From an uncultured Bacilli bacterium (GTDB lineage: Bacteria; Bacillota_I; Bacilli_A; RF39; UBA660): a DNA stretch of 64,000 bases. A program made the position numbers and the translations under genes. The DNA lies in assembly GCA_934155185.1 (NCBI GenBank), contig CAKPGT010000004.1, positions 31,910-95,909 on the forward strand, read 5' to 3'. Shown in pieces: positions 35,068-45,423 of this stretch; the stretch's first letter is position 1, and each line of letters opens with the position of its first letter. The notes below the pieces were generated by a model. That model had not been told where the DNA came from and did not search any database. It saw nothing but the letters and a program-made list of their open reading frames with translations.

Positions 35068-36698
35068 TGAACTTAAAACAAAGAATAAAAGTAATTATTT
35101 TTTGCGCTTTAAATAATTTAAATATTGAATTTAATTTAGATGATATAATGGTTGAAGTGCCAAAAAGTAGAGATAATGGTGATTTTTCTAGTAATATAGC
35201 GATGCAGCTAGCTAAGACTTTGAAGGATAACCCTAGAAATATTGCTGAAAAGATAGTAGACGAAATAAGTAAAAATACTAATGAAATAGAAAAAGTAGAA
35301 ACAGCAGGACCAGGTTTTATTAATATTTATCTTAATAATGAATATGTTTTTAGCGGAATATCAGAAATAATAAAAAAAGAAGATAATTACGGAAGTTCTA
35401 ATATCGGAAACAATAAAAAGATAGATATAGAGTTCGTTAGTGCTAATCCAACGGGTATTCTTCACCTGGGAACAGCAAGAGGTGCTGCTTATGGGTCTAA
35501 TTTAGCTAACGTAATGTCCTTTGCAGGATTTGATGTTACAAAAGAATACTATATTAATGATGCTGGTAACCAAATTAATAATCTTGGTATGTCATTAAAA
35601 GAAAGATATAAAGAGGCATGTGGCTTAGAGTATAATATGCCAGAAGATGGATATTATGGTTCTGAAATAATAGATTTAGCTAACAAAGTTAAAAATAAAT
35701 ATAATACAGAAAAATTAGATAGTGATATAGAATTTTTTAAGAAGACAGCAGTTGATTATTTGCTTAACATAATAAAAACAGATTTATCAAATTTTGGTGT
35801 TGCGTTTGATGTATGGACTTCTGAGAAAGATATTCGTGCTAAAGGCAGAATAGAAGAATCATTAGATATACTTGATAAAAAAGGATTAGTATTTAAAAAA
35901 GATGATGCATTATGGCTTAAAACAACGGTTTATGGCGATGATAAAGATAGGGTTTTAGTAAAATCAGATGGTTCTTATACATACTTAGTTCCTGATATAG
36001 CTTATCACCTAGATAAATTTGATAGGGGTTTTGATTATTTAATTGATGTTTTTGGGGCAGACCATCATAGTTATGTTTCAAGATTAAAAGCAAGTATAGA
36101 AGCACTTGGTTATGATAAAGATAAATTAGAGGTAAGACTTCTTCAAATGGTTAGATTACTTCGTGATGGAAATATTGTTAAAATGAGTAAGAGAACCGGT
36201 GGAAATATTACCATTTCTGAATTAGTTGATGAAATAGGATGTGATTCAGCAAGATACTTTTTTGCAACAAGGAGCCTAGATGGTCAAATGGACTTTGATA
36301 TTAACCTAGCTCTTAAAAAATCAAATGAAAATCCATTCTTTTATGTTGGGTACGCTCATGCTAGAATATGTTCAATATTAAATGATGCAAAAGAAAAGAA
36401 TCTTAAAATAAATTGTAGTATTAAAGATGCAATTGATGCTGATTCAAAGGCTCTAATATTAAAAGTTTATGAATTTACTGATGTAATTGAAGCTGCTGCT
36501 TTGAAAAAAGAGCCGCATTTAATTACTAATTATGTGTATGAATTAGCTAGCATGTTCCATAATTATTATGGTAAACATAGAATATTAACTGATGATGTTA
36601 ATATATCAGAGCAGCGCTTAGGAATAATTAAAAGCGTTGGTATAACAATAAATAATGCTTTAAGACTTATCGGTGTTAAAGCACCATCAAAAATGTAG
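35067..36698 (+). CDS. argS: arginine--tRNA ligase
   Basis: SANPTGILHLGTARGAAYG (HIGH-type) and KMSKRTG (KMSKS). I prefer the GTG at 35067 (GGAGAG SD 7 nt upstream, overlapping the TAG of the upstream gene). The ATG at 35052 is the alternative. Confidence 0.93.
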   Translation: MNLKQRIKVIIFCALNNLNIEFNLDDIMVEVPKSRDNGDFSSNIAMQLAKTLKDNPRNIAEKIVDEISKNTNEIEKVETAGPGFINIYLNNEYVFSGISEIIKKEDNYGSSNIGNNKKIDIEFVSANPTGILHLGTARGAAYGSNLANVMSFAGFDVTKEYYINDAGNQINNLGMSLKERYKEACGLEYNMPEDGYYGSEIIDLANKVKNKYNTEKLDSDIEFFKKTAVDYLLNIIKTDLSNFGVAFDVWTSEKDIRAKGRIEESLDILDKKGLVFKKDDALWLKTTVYGDDKDRVLVKSDGSYTYLVPDIAYHLDKFDRGFDYLIDVFGADHHSYVSRLKASIEALGYDKDKLEVRLLQMVRLLRDGNIVKMSKRTGGNITISELVDEIGCDSARYFFATRSLDGQMDFDINLALKKSNENPFFYVGYAHARICSILNDAKEKNLKINCSIKDAIDADSKALILKVYEFTDVIEAAALKKEPHLITNYVYELASMFHNYYGKHRILTDDVNISEQRLGIIKSVGITINNALRLIGVKAPSKM

Positions 36699-36710
36699 GA
36701 GGAAATGATT

Positions 36711-37148
36711 ATGAATGTTAGAGAGTTACCTTTAGAGGAATTAGAATTATTATCATATACTGATATAGCATATGAATTATTAAAACTAGATAAAAAACCA
36801 AAAACAACACCTGCTTTATTTAAAGAAGTATGTGATTTATTAAAGATAAATGAAGATAATATGATGGATATGATAGGAGACTTTTATACAACCCTAACTA
36901 CTGATAAGAGGTTTATACTTCTTGATAGTGCTGAATGGGATTTAAAAGAATTTCATTCTGTTAAGACAGTAGTTGATGACGAAGATGATGAAGAACAAGA
37001 AGAGGAAGAAGATGAGGAAGTAATTGAGGGTACTGAGGATGATGCAGTAGCTATTGATGATGATACTTCTGACTTTGATGATGTTGATGATGACTTAGAT
37101 GATTTAGATGACCTAGCGATAGTATCAGAAGATGAGTTAGAGGAATAA
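36711..37148 (+). CDS. rpoE: RNA polymerase delta subunit
   Basis: N-terminal HARE-HTH-like [12 protein letters not shown]...[24 protein letters not shown], followed by a long Asp/Glu tail. SD spacing favours the ATG at 36711 over 36705. Confidence 0.88.
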   Translation: MNVRELPLEELELLSYTDIAYELLKLDKKPKTTPALFKEVCDLLKINEDNMMDMIGDFYTTLTTDKRFILLDSAEWDLKEFHSVKTVVDDEDDEEQEEEEDEEVIEGTEDDAVAIDDDTSDFDDVDDDLDDLDDLAIVSEDELEE

Positions 37149-37149
37149 T

Positions 37150-38205
37150 ATGTTTGAAAGACTAGAAAATATAAAAAAGAGAAATGATTTTATAACAGAA
37201 GAATTAACTAAGCCAGAAGTTATTAGTGATGTTAGTAAAACAATGAAATTATCTAAGGAACAATCAGACTTATCTGAAATAATAGAATGTTATAATGAAT
37301 ATTTAAAAGCAAAAAAAGATTATGAAGAAGCTAAGGAATTAGCAAATGATCCTGAATTTGCTTCCTTCGCTAAGGATGAAGAGGCAAAACAAGAGGAAAG
37401 ACAAAAAAAGCTAGAAAAAGAACTAGAAATACTTTTACTTCCAAAAGACCCTAACGATAGCAAAAACATTATTGTTGAAATAAGAGGCGCTGCTGGTGGT
37501 GATGAAGCTAATATATTTGCAGGGGATTTATACAATATGTATGTTAGATATGCTGAGGCTCAGGGATTTAAAATAGAAGATTTAGAAAGCACGCCTGGGC
37601 AATCAGGTGGTTTTTCTGAAATATCATTTATGGTAAAAGGAAATGGTGCATACTCTAAGTTAAAGTACGAATCAGGAGCACATAGGGTTCAAAGAGTACC
37701 TGCAACGGAATCGCAGGGCAGGGTTCACACATCAACTGCAACTGTTCTTGTAATGCCTGAGGTTGATGATATAGATTTTGATTTAGATATGAATGACGTT
37801 AGGGTTGATATTACAAGGTCATCAGGTTGCGGTGGTCAAGGGGTTAATACAACAGATTCAGCGGTTAGACTTACTCATATACCTACTGGAATAGTTGTAT
37901 ACTCTCAAACAGAAAGATCGCAAATAAGAAACAAAGAAAAAGCAATTAAGATATTAAAATCAAGAGTATATGATCTTAAACTTAGAGAGCAGGAAGAAGA
38001 ACTTGGAGCAGAAAGAAGAAGTAAGATTGGTACCGGAGATAGATCGGAAAAAATAAGAACTTATAATTATCCACAAAACAGGGTAACAGATCATCGTATA
38101 GGCTATACTACTAACTCATTAGATAGAGTAATGAATGGTAAACTAGATGATATAATAGAAGCCTTAATAACCGAAGATCAAAGAAGAAAATTAGCTGGGG
38201 AATAA
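37150..38205 (+). CDS. prfA: peptide chain release factor 1
   Basis: PATES tripeptide-anticodon region ([13 protein letters not shown]) and the GGQ motif ([10 protein letters not shown]). Confidence 0.96.
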   Translation: MFERLENIKKRNDFITEELTKPEVISDVSKTMKLSKEQSDLSEIIECYNEYLKAKKDYEEAKELANDPEFASFAKDEEAKQEERQKKLEKELEILLLPKDPNDSKNIIVEIRGAAGGDEANIFAGDLYNMYVRYAEAQGFKIEDLESTPGQSGGFSEISFMVKGNGAYSKLKYESGAHRVQRVPATESQGRVHTSTATVLVMPEVDDIDFDLDMNDVRVDITRSSGCGGQGVNTTDSAVRLTHIPTGIVVYSQTERSQIRNKEKAIKILKSRVYDLKLREQEEELGAERRSKIGTGDRSEKIRTYNYPQNRVTDHRIGYTTNSLDRVMNGKLDDIIEALITEDQRRKLAGE

Positions 38206-38256
38206 CTCTTCAGCTTTTTCATATGTTATAATAATTAAGATAGGTGGGTGTTTTAA

Positions 38257-39369
38257 ATGGAATATATGTTTCCAGATTACAATAAAGGGTTAATAAACGT
38301 TATTAGTTCTTTAGAAAAATACTTTGGAGTTAAACCAAAGCATAATTCTTTAAAACTTTTAGATGAAGTATTAGATGAAAATAGTAGTAAAAACGTAGTT
38401 TTATTCTTATTTGATGGACTAGGCTATAATCTCCTTTGCGATAATAGAGATATATGCCCATTTTTATATAAGCATTTGAAAGGAAAGATATCATCTAATT
38501 TTCCATCTACTACAATGTCAGCTAGAACAACTGTAGAATCAGGTCTTACCCCAAAAGAGCATGGGTGGCTAGGCTGGGATATGTATTTTAAGAAGTTTGA
38601 TAATGTTATATGTCTTAGTAAGAATGTTATTAAAGGAACCAAAACAAAACCAGCAAATTATCACGTTGGAAGGACTCTTTTAAAATATACTCCAGTTACG
38701 GACATAATAAATGAAAAAAATGATACTATTGGTAAAACACTTAGAGTATATAGTAATCATAAACACGAATCACTAAGAAAAATGAAAGGGCAAATAAAAA
38801 GACTTACTAGAAAAAAAGAAAAAGTATTTGTCTATGCATATTATAATGAACCTGATCATGTTATGCATCATTATGGAACAAATGATAACTTGACCATAAA
38901 GTATTTAAAGCATATTGAAAAGTGGTTTAAAAAAACATGTAAATCACTAAAAAATACTACTGTAATAGCGATTGCAGATCACGGGCATATAGACGTAAAT
39001 TATATAAATTTAACAGACTATTCTAACATTACAAAGATGCTTGATAAGAACATATCAATGGATGATAGAGCTACAAGTTTTATGGTGAAAAAAGAATATA
39101 AAAAGACTTTTCCTATAGAGCTAAAGAAAGTACTTAAAGATGATTTTATCATAATGAGTAAAAAAGAAGTTATAGAAAAAGGACTATATGGTAGTGGAAA
39201 TGAAAATGATTATTTTATGGATGGATTAGGGGATTATTTTGCGCTTGGAATAGGTGATAAAGCAATTAGATATGATAATAATAAAAACCCTCATAAATCA
39301 GCACACTCTGGTTTAACATTAGATGAGATGCTTGTACCATTAATAATTGTTAATTCAGATAAAATATAA
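38257..39369 (+). CDS. alkaline phosphatase superfamily protein (nucleotide pyrophosphatase/phosphodiesterase or PglZ-like)
   Basis: LFLFDGLGYN (metal Asp), FPSTTMSARTTVESGLTPKEHG (Thr/Ser nucleophile region), AIADHGH, and HSGLTLDEMLVPL. Confidence 0.7.
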   Translation: MEYMFPDYNKGLINVISSLEKYFGVKPKHNSLKLLDEVLDENSSKNVVLFLFDGLGYNLLCDNRDICPFLYKHLKGKISSNFPSTTMSARTTVESGLTPKEHGWLGWDMYFKKFDNVICLSKNVIKGTKTKPANYHVGRTLLKYTPVTDIINEKNDTIGKTLRVYSNHKHESLRKMKGQIKRLTRKKEKVFVYAYYNEPDHVMHHYGTNDNLTIKYLKHIEKWFKKTCKSLKNTTVIAIADHGHIDVNYINLTDYSNITKMLDKNISMDDRATSFMVKKEYKKTFPIELKKVLKDDFIIMSKKEVIEKGLYGSGNENDYFMDGLGDYFALGIGDKAIRYDNNKNPHKSAHSGLTLDEMLVPLIIVNSDKI

Positions 39370-39400
39370 TAACTGTGATATAATCTAAAAGAGGTGCTAA

Positions 39401-41176
39401 ATGAAAGAATTTTATAAATATAATAAAGAATGTCTTACGAATTATGTTTTAAATACTGAAGATAAAAAGATGTTACTAAGTGATGAAGAATTTAAAGATT
39501 ATTTATTAGAAGAAGATAATCACTGTATTTTTATAGAACTCATGTATAAATTAAATAAACAAGATGTAAAAATGTTATTAACCTTGGATTATTTAGAAAA
39601 AATAATTGATAGCAATACAAATGCATTACATAAATATGGTGTTATATTAGAGTGCCATAGTGATGTTTTTATTAAAACAAGTAATAAAGTAAAAGCTTAC
39701 ATAATTAATAATTTTTCTGAATATTTTAAAATTGTATGTCAAGAGTTAGGTGAGCATTTAGCATATCATATTGTTTATTTTATGCCCGATAAGATGAGCC
39801 TGTTAAAGTATTTTAGTAAAGAGGTTCAAAATAAAGTATTGGACTTAGAAGCTCTTACTGTAATAAGTAAACTAAATGGATTTAAAAAAATACTTATAAA
39901 TCTTTCACCCAAAGTTATTAATAAATCAATTAATAGTGGTATATTTTCTAGTATTATTAAAGATTTAGATAAGGAAGAATTGGCACAGTTTTCTAATACC
40001 ATGCAGAATGAAGACTTACTTGGTTTAATTAATAATTCTGAATTTATTATATCCATATCCTCAATTGAAAATCCTAATTATTATCGTTATATAATTAATA
40101 ATTTGCTTATTAATAACTATGAATTAGCGAATAAAATAGAAAAATACAGATTATCATATATAATTTGCCAGTTTAATCTGGAAAATAGTGAGGGTATATT
40201 TGAAAATTATATAGAACTAGTTGATAAGTTCCTAAATGGGATAATATCAAAATCTGAACTTGACAGAATTCCAGAAGAAATAGAATATTTTTATGGTATT
40301 GAAATTAATACCAGATTTTTAAAAGAGCTTACAATAAAAAGAAAAAAGCAATTATTATGTGACTATTATTTTAAGGATTATAGCGAGAATATATTACATA
40401 ATTTAAAAGAAATAGTTAGGTTCGATAATAATCGAAAAATTATATCAAATAAAAATTTAGAACTTTATTATAAGTTTTTGAATTTTGAAATGCTGTCAGA
40501 TGAATCTATAAATGAATTATTATCTAGTGCAAATAAAGAAGATTATTCTAAGACGCTATATAATGATATTTTAGCATGTAAGCGTTTTTCTTATGAATTA
40601 TATAATAATGAATTTTTTAAACCAAATAACAGTAATTTGCGTAATGAAAGTATGTCAAAAAAGTTTGGATTAGACGTATATAATCTTAATGGAGAAAAAT
40701 TTTTAGCATGCGTTCATTGCGGGCGTTTTTATGAAGGTAAAAATAAGAAAACTATATCTCTTTCAATAATAGGAAGTGAGAACATAGGATTGTTTGATAA
40801 GACAAGAGTGATAGTTGGTTATACATATTTAGAGCCAGATAAGATTATGCACGTTTATAATAAAGACTCTTATACTAATGGACAAATTGGAACAAATAGA
40901 ATAAACAAAATATATAAACCACATGAGCTTTTAGAAAATACATATTTTTATAATGAAATATTATATAGTGAAAAAAGTTATCAGTTAATACCTGATTATG
41001 TTATTTGTATTGATGATATTAATGCTGAAAGCTATAATTATGCCAATGAAAACAAATTACCTATAGTTATAATAAACAGCAGTAAATATAAAATTTCACG
41101 TAATTATACTGATGATATTGATTATAGAGATACATATTTAACTAGGGAGGAGGACTATTATGGGACGTCAAAATAA
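39401..41176 (+). CDS. hypothetical protein (591 aa)
   Basis: AGAGGTG SD. A perfect extended -10 (TG-A-TATAAT, 39376-39384) lies just upstream. The 3-prime end overlaps prmC by 17 nt. I recognise no family. Confidence 0.6.
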   Translation: MKEFYKYNKECLTNYVLNTEDKKMLLSDEEFKDYLLEEDNHCIFIELMYKLNKQDVKMLLTLDYLEKIIDSNTNALHKYGVILECHSDVFIKTSNKVKAYIINNFSEYFKIVCQELGEHLAYHIVYFMPDKMSLLKYFSKEVQNKVLDLEALTVISKLNGFKKILINLSPKVINKSINSGIFSSIIKDLDKEELAQFSNTMQNEDLLGLINNSEFIISISSIENPNYYRYIINNLLINNYELANKIEKYRLSYIICQFNLENSEGIFENYIELVDKFLNGIISKSELDRIPEEIEYFYGIEINTRFLKELTIKRKKQLLCDYYFKDYSENILHNLKEIVRFDNNRKIISNKNLELYYKFLNFEMLSDESINELLSSANKEDYSKTLYNDILACKRFSYELYNNEFFKPNNSNLRNESMSKKFGLDVYNLNGEKFLACVHCGRFYEGKNKKTISLSIIGSENIGLFDKTRVIVGYTYLEPDKIMHVYNKDSYTNGQIGTNRINKIYKPHELLENTYFYNEILYSEKSYQLIPDYVICIDDINAESYNYANENKLPIVIINSSKYKISRNYTDDIDYRDTYLTREEDYYGTSK

Positions 41177-41882
41177 TATAGAGTATTTAAAAAAGTATTA
41201 TAACGGAGATATTTCTGATGCCATTAAAAGGCTAGATAAAGGTGAGCCTGTTCAGTATATAGTTGGTAATGTTGACTTTTACGGATACATATTAGATGTT
41301 AATAAAAACGTTCTTATTCCAAGAAGAGAAACTGAGGAATTAACAGAGATGGTTTTAAAACGTATCCGGGAGTTTTCAAATCCTACTATAGCAGATATTG
41401 CAACTGGCTCTGGTGCTATAGCTATCACGCTATCTAAAAAGCTTAATACTAATGTTTATGCATCTGATATAAGCTTAGATGCCTTAGAAGTTGCGTCTTT
41501 AAATATCAAGAAAAATGATGCAGACGTTACTATACTTAATGGTGATATGCTAAAACCATATATAGATAATAAAATAAAATTAGATGTTATAGTAAGCAAT
41601 CCACCATACATTATGGAAGATGAAGAAATAGAAGACATAGTTAAAAATAATGAGCCACATATAGCTTTATATGCTAAAAATAATGGGTTAGAGTTTTATG
41701 AAAGCATTTTAAAAGATGCTAGTAAAGTTTTAAATGATAAATTCTTAATTGCGTTTGAAATAGGTGAAACCCAAGGTCATGCTATAGAGTTTTTAGCTAA
41801 AAAATATTTAAAAGATATAACAGTCGAAATTGTAAAAGATTTGTCAGGTAAAAATAGATTTTTATTTGTATATAATTATTAA
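41160..41882 (+). CDS. prmC: release factor glutamine N5-methyltransferase PrmC/HemK
   Basis: PIQYIVG-like PVQYIVGNVDF, LIPRRETEEL, DIATGSGAIA, and VSNPPYI. Confidence 0.92.
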   Translation: MGRQNNIEYLKKYYNGDISDAIKRLDKGEPVQYIVGNVDFYGYILDVNKNVLIPRRETEELTEMVLKRIREFSNPTIADIATGSGAIAITLSKKLNTNVYASDISLDALEVASLNIKKNDADVTILNGDMLKPYIDNKIKLDVIVSNPPYIMEDEEIEDIVKNNEPHIALYAKNNGLEFYESILKDASKVLNDKFLIAFEIGETQGHAIEFLAKKYLKDITVEIVKDLSGKNRFLFVYNY

Positions 41883-41917
41883 AAATTACTCACTAATTAA
41901 TAGAGGGTGATTTTTAA

Positions 41918-42448
41918 ATGAAAAAACTAATATTGATATTTTTAAGTGTTTTATCAATATATATGGTATATAACAGAAGTATAGAAAAAGAAACCGTAAG
42001 AATACCAGAGTCTGCAATAAGATTTAGAGTACTAGCTAACAGTAATTCTTTAAGAGACCAAAAAATAAAAGAAAACATAAGAGATAAGATGCAGAAAGAA
42101 TTATATGACCTTCTTAAGGATTCAAAAAGTATTAACCATGCTAGAAATTTAATAACTAGTAACATTGATAATTTTGATAATTTGTTAGCTAGTGAAATGA
42201 AAGATACCGAGTATTCATATAAAATAGATTACGGAATACATGATTTCCCTGAGAAAAAATATAAAGGTATTACATATGAAGCTGGGGAGTATGAGTCATT
42301 ATTAGTTACGTTAGGAGAAGGAAAAGGTGATAATTGGTGGTGTGTTCTTTTTCCACCACTATGCCTTTTAGAAGCAGAAGAAAACGTAGAGGAAAATGAT
42401 GTAGAATATAAATCTTTTATAAAAGAGATAATAGAAAAATATTTTTAG
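41918..42448 (+). CDS. spoIIR: stage II sporulation protein R
   Basis: IRFRVLANSNSLRDQKIKENIRD...GKGDNWWCVLFPPLC. Confidence 0.88.
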   Translation: MKKLILIFLSVLSIYMVYNRSIEKETVRIPESAIRFRVLANSNSLRDQKIKENIRDKMQKELYDLLKDSKSINHARNLITSNIDNFDNLLASEMKDTEYSYKIDYGIHDFPEKKYKGITYEAGEYESLLVTLGEGKGDNWWCVLFPPLCLLEAEENVEENDVEYKSFIKEIIEKYF

Positions 42449-42484
42449 TATAAATGTAATATTATAATGTAGAGGTGATTTATC

Positions 42485-43009
42485 ATCATAAACATTATAT
42501 TAATAGGTATTGCCCTTAGTATGGATGCATTTACGTTAGCATTTTCGTATGGTATAAAAAAAGTTGATAATAAAAGTTTGATTATAACTTCCATAGTTAC
42601 TGGTATTTTTCACTTTATAATGCCTCTTATGGGCAACATAATAGGAATACCTTTATTTGAATATACATTAATTAAACCAAGGTATATTTTGTTTTTGGTA
42701 TTTTTAATTATATCAATAGATATGTTTATAAATTTCTTTAATGAAAACTCAAAGCTTAGAAACTTAAACATTGCGGGGATTATACTATTTGCTTTTTCTG
42801 TAAGCTTTGATAGTTTTTCTGTTGGGCTTGGAATAAATTATATATGTAGTAACGTTGTATTATCAGTATCTATTTTTTGCTTTGTTAGTATGCTATTTAC
42901 TTTCTTAGGCTTTATGTTAGGAAAAGTTCTTTCTCAAAAAATTGGAAAGTATGCGTTTTTGTTTGGAAGCCTGGTCCTATTTATATATTCGCTGGTGCTA
43001 TTGACTTAG
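42485..43009 (+). CDS. MntP/YtaF-family membrane protein (DUF204 repeats), start probably non-canonical (ATC)
   Basis: The SMDAFTLAF motif sits in what should be the middle of TM1. The in-frame sequence FIIINIILIGIALS precedes the first ATG (42521), and there is no ATG, GTG or TTG after the TGA at 42476. AGAGGTG SD at 42471-42477. Confidence 0.55.
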   Translation: MINIILIGIALSMDAFTLAFSYGIKKVDNKSLIITSIVTGIFHFIMPLMGNIIGIPLFEYTLIKPRYILFLVFLIISIDMFINFFNENSKLRNLNIAGIILFAFSVSFDSFSVGLGINYICSNVVLSVSIFCFVSMLFTFLGFMLGKVLSQKIGKYAFLFGSLVLFIYSLVLLT

Positions 43010-43061
43010 ATGGCATTTTGTGCTATCATAGTGGGCATTCAAACAAAAGGGGGAGATTTGA

Positions 43062-44459
43062 ATGGCATTAATTAGCGAGCAAACTAGCTCATTAAAAAAG
43101 AAAATCACATCACTTATTACGGCAGGAGCACTTATCATTACTGGTAGTGCTGGTATTGCTCATTTGAGCAAGAAAAATGATAACAAAAATGTAGATATAT
43201 CTACTACAACTAGTGTAAGTACTACTGTAGTTGATAGTCCAGTAGTTAAAGACGAATTATTTAAACAACTAAAACTAACTGCTAATTTTGATATAAATGA
43301 TAAAGCTGCGGTTAGAAAAAGAGCTAAAGCTATCTACAAAATATCAGAAAAAGAAGTTTCAGTAGGTACAATAGTAAACTTAATATACCTTATAAATGGT
43401 AAATATAAACGTATTAATTTTTCTGGTAAAGAGTTTGGAGCTAAAGATTTACAGAATTTGTTTGTTTCATTAACAAGATTATTAGATGATAATATGACTG
43501 CTTTAGAAAAAAAACAGATTGGTGAAAATTGGAAGCCAAACTATAACGGAACAATTTATGCATATATGTTTATGGCAAAAACGCAACCTAATACTAGTGA
43601 CTATGTGGTAACAAAACAAGAGGCTATCGAATCTGCAAAAATTGTAGAGGAACAAAAGAATAATATTAAAAAAGATAAAAAGGGGAATTATTCTAAAACT
43701 GCTGCAAAATATTATGAATTATTTAATGTGTTAAGAAACAGAATTGATAAAAACAAAAACGCTAAGGTTTTAGCAGGATATCCATATGTATTCTTTAGAG
43801 ATTATACATGTAAGAATGCAATAATGTCAGCTTATTTGAGTAAAGAAAAACAACAAGATAAAATTGACGAGAATTATACAGAAACATATGCTGGAAAACT
43901 TACGGGTTTTGTTGAAGAAGCATTTAATGTTAGTTTACAAAAAGAAATTCAAGAGGCAATAGCTTCTGGTCAATTTGGATATGATGTTCCTAATTTTGGC
44001 TCAGGTTATAGTTCTTCTGATGCTAAAGGCGCTGATTCACAAATTGATGCTACTAGAGTGTCAGCAAGGGATGTAGTTGACTCTGGTGGAAGAGAAGTTA
44101 CATCTTATAGTGAACGTGCTAATACGCCAACTACAAGTGTTACAAGAGAATCATATACTGTAACTCCAACTACTAATGTTGTAGAGGAAACTTATGTAGC
44201 TGAACCAATAACTGAAGGAACAACTAAAAAAGCAGAAACAACGACTAAAAAGTCAGAGACTACAACTAAAAGGGAAGAAGGTACAAAAAATAATACAGTT
44301 ACAACTACAACAACTCCTTCTACAAAGAAAAATGAGGAAGTTCTAGATGAAGGTGGAGACGTTGTTTTTGAAGGTAGTGAAGATGAATTAGAAGAGTTTT
44401 TAAAAGGTCAAAGATATGTTGATGCTGACAAGACTAATTCTTATGTAAAAACAAAATAA
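43062..44459 (+). CDS. hypothetical membrane-anchored protein with a Thr/Lys-rich C-terminal region
   Basis: GGGGGAGA SD. N-terminal TM segment (ITSLITAGALIITGSAGIA). Low-complexity TTKKAETTTKKSETTTKREEGTKNNTVTTTTTPSTKK. Confidence 0.6.
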   Translation: MALISEQTSSLKKKITSLITAGALIITGSAGIAHLSKKNDNKNVDISTTTSVSTTVVDSPVVKDELFKQLKLTANFDINDKAAVRKRAKAIYKISEKEVSVGTIVNLIYLINGKYKRINFSGKEFGAKDLQNLFVSLTRLLDDNMTALEKKQIGENWKPNYNGTIYAYMFMAKTQPNTSDYVVTKQEAIESAKIVEEQKNNIKKDKKGNYSKTAAKYYELFNVLRNRIDKNKNAKVLAGYPYVFFRDYTCKNAIMSAYLSKEKQQDKIDENYTETYAGKLTGFVEEAFNVSLQKEIQEAIASGQFGYDVPNFGSGYSSSDAKGADSQIDATRVSARDVVDSGGREVTSYSERANTPTTSVTRESYTVTPTTNVVEETYVAEPITEGTTKKAETTTKKSETTTKREEGTKNNTVTTTTTPSTKKNEEVLDEGGDVVFEGSEDELEEFLKGQRYVDADKTNSYVKTK

Positions 44460-44465
44460 TTTATG

Positions 44466-44493
44466 CACTAGGATGTAAATCCTGGTGTTTTTC
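44466..44493 (+). terminator. terminator
   Basis: CACTAGGAT (44466-44474) pairs with ATCCTGGTG (44479-44487) with one G-U pair, followed by TTTTT. Confidence 0.65.
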
Positions 44494-44494
44494 T

Positions 44495-44523
44495 TTGACT
44501 ATAAGCTTAAAATGTAATAGAAT
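44495..44523 (+). promoter_or_regulatory. promoter for fba
   Basis: TTGACT (44495-44500), 17-nt spacer, TAGAAT (44518-44523). Confidence 0.5.
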
Positions 44524-44543
44524 TAACATAGAAGGTGGATAGT

Positions 44544-45377
44544 ATGTTAGTAAATAGTGAGCATTTATTAAGTGAGGCATTAAAAAATGGGTATGCAGTT
44601 CCTGCTTATAATATAAATAATCTTGAGTGGACAAAGTCTATATTGGAGGTTTGTAGTGAAGATAACAGTCCCGTTATATTAGCCGTAACACCAGGTAGCA
44701 TTAAGTATTTTGGTGGATATGATGTTGTTTTTAATACAGTTAAATCACTTATGTTTGATTTAAAAATAAAGATTCCTGTAGTTCTTCATCTAGATCATGC
44801 AACTTCTTTTGAAGAATGCAAAAGAGCAATAGATGCAGGCTTTACATCTGTTATGATTGATGCATCAAAAAGTAGTATAGAAGAGAATATAAATATTACA
44901 AATTCAGTTATAGATTATGCTAGCAAAAAGAATGTAACTGTTGAGGCAGAAGTTGGTTCATTTGATGGTAAAGATTTGCATGCAAGTTTAGATGATGTTT
45001 CTAAATTTGTATTAAGAACAGGTGTTAATTCTATTGCGCCTGCCATAGGAAATTATCATGGTTTTTACAAAGAAGAGGTAAACTTAGATTTTGAACTTCT
45101 TGGTGCAATTGCTAAAGAAACAAGAATTCCACTGGTTCTTCATGGAGCAAGTTTCCTTGATGAGAACAAAATCAAAACAGCTATCTTTTGCGGAGTAAGT
45201 AAAATTAATATTAATACTGATTTACAAAAAGCTTGGTCGGATAATGTAAGGGGTTTTCTAGATTATAATAAAGATATTTGTGATCCTAGATTAATAATAG
45301 GATCAGGAATGAGTGCCCTAAAAAAGAGAGTTCATTATAATAATTCATTATTTGGTTCAAAAAATAGGGCTTTTTAA
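44544..45377 (+). CDS. fba: class II fructose-bisphosphate aldolase
   Basis: GYAVPAYNINNLEW...PVVLHLDHATSFEECKRAIDAGFTSVMIDAS...LVLHGAS. Confidence 0.92.
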   Translation: MLVNSEHLLSEALKNGYAVPAYNINNLEWTKSILEVCSEDNSPVILAVTPGSIKYFGGYDVVFNTVKSLMFDLKIKIPVVLHLDHATSFEECKRAIDAGFTSVMIDASKSSIEENINITNSVIDYASKKNVTVEAEVGSFDGKDLHASLDDVSKFVLRTGVNSIAPAIGNYHGFYKEEVNLDFELLGAIAKETRIPLVLHGASFLDENKIKTAIFCGVSKININTDLQKAWSDNVRGFLDYNKDICDPRLIIGSGMSALKKRVHYNNSLFGSKNRAF

Positions 45378-45423
45378 TCACTTTTTATGGTGTAAATAAT
45401 AAAATACAGTGTGGAGGAGTAAA

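Noticed and set aside
42476-42478. TGA read as Trp (genetic code 4), which would extend the MntP-like ORF upstream
   Set aside because: A TAG lies two codons further upstream in the same frame. TGA also terminates the rSAM ORF exactly where the coupled peptide gene starts. Conserved proteins throughout the window end at their expected lengths under the standard code.
42449-42484. yybP-ykoY manganese riboswitch expected upstream of an mntP-type gene
   Set aside because: The spacer is only about 30 nt, too short for the riboswitch. The gene may be the sporulation paralog ytaF, consistent with its position after spoIIR.
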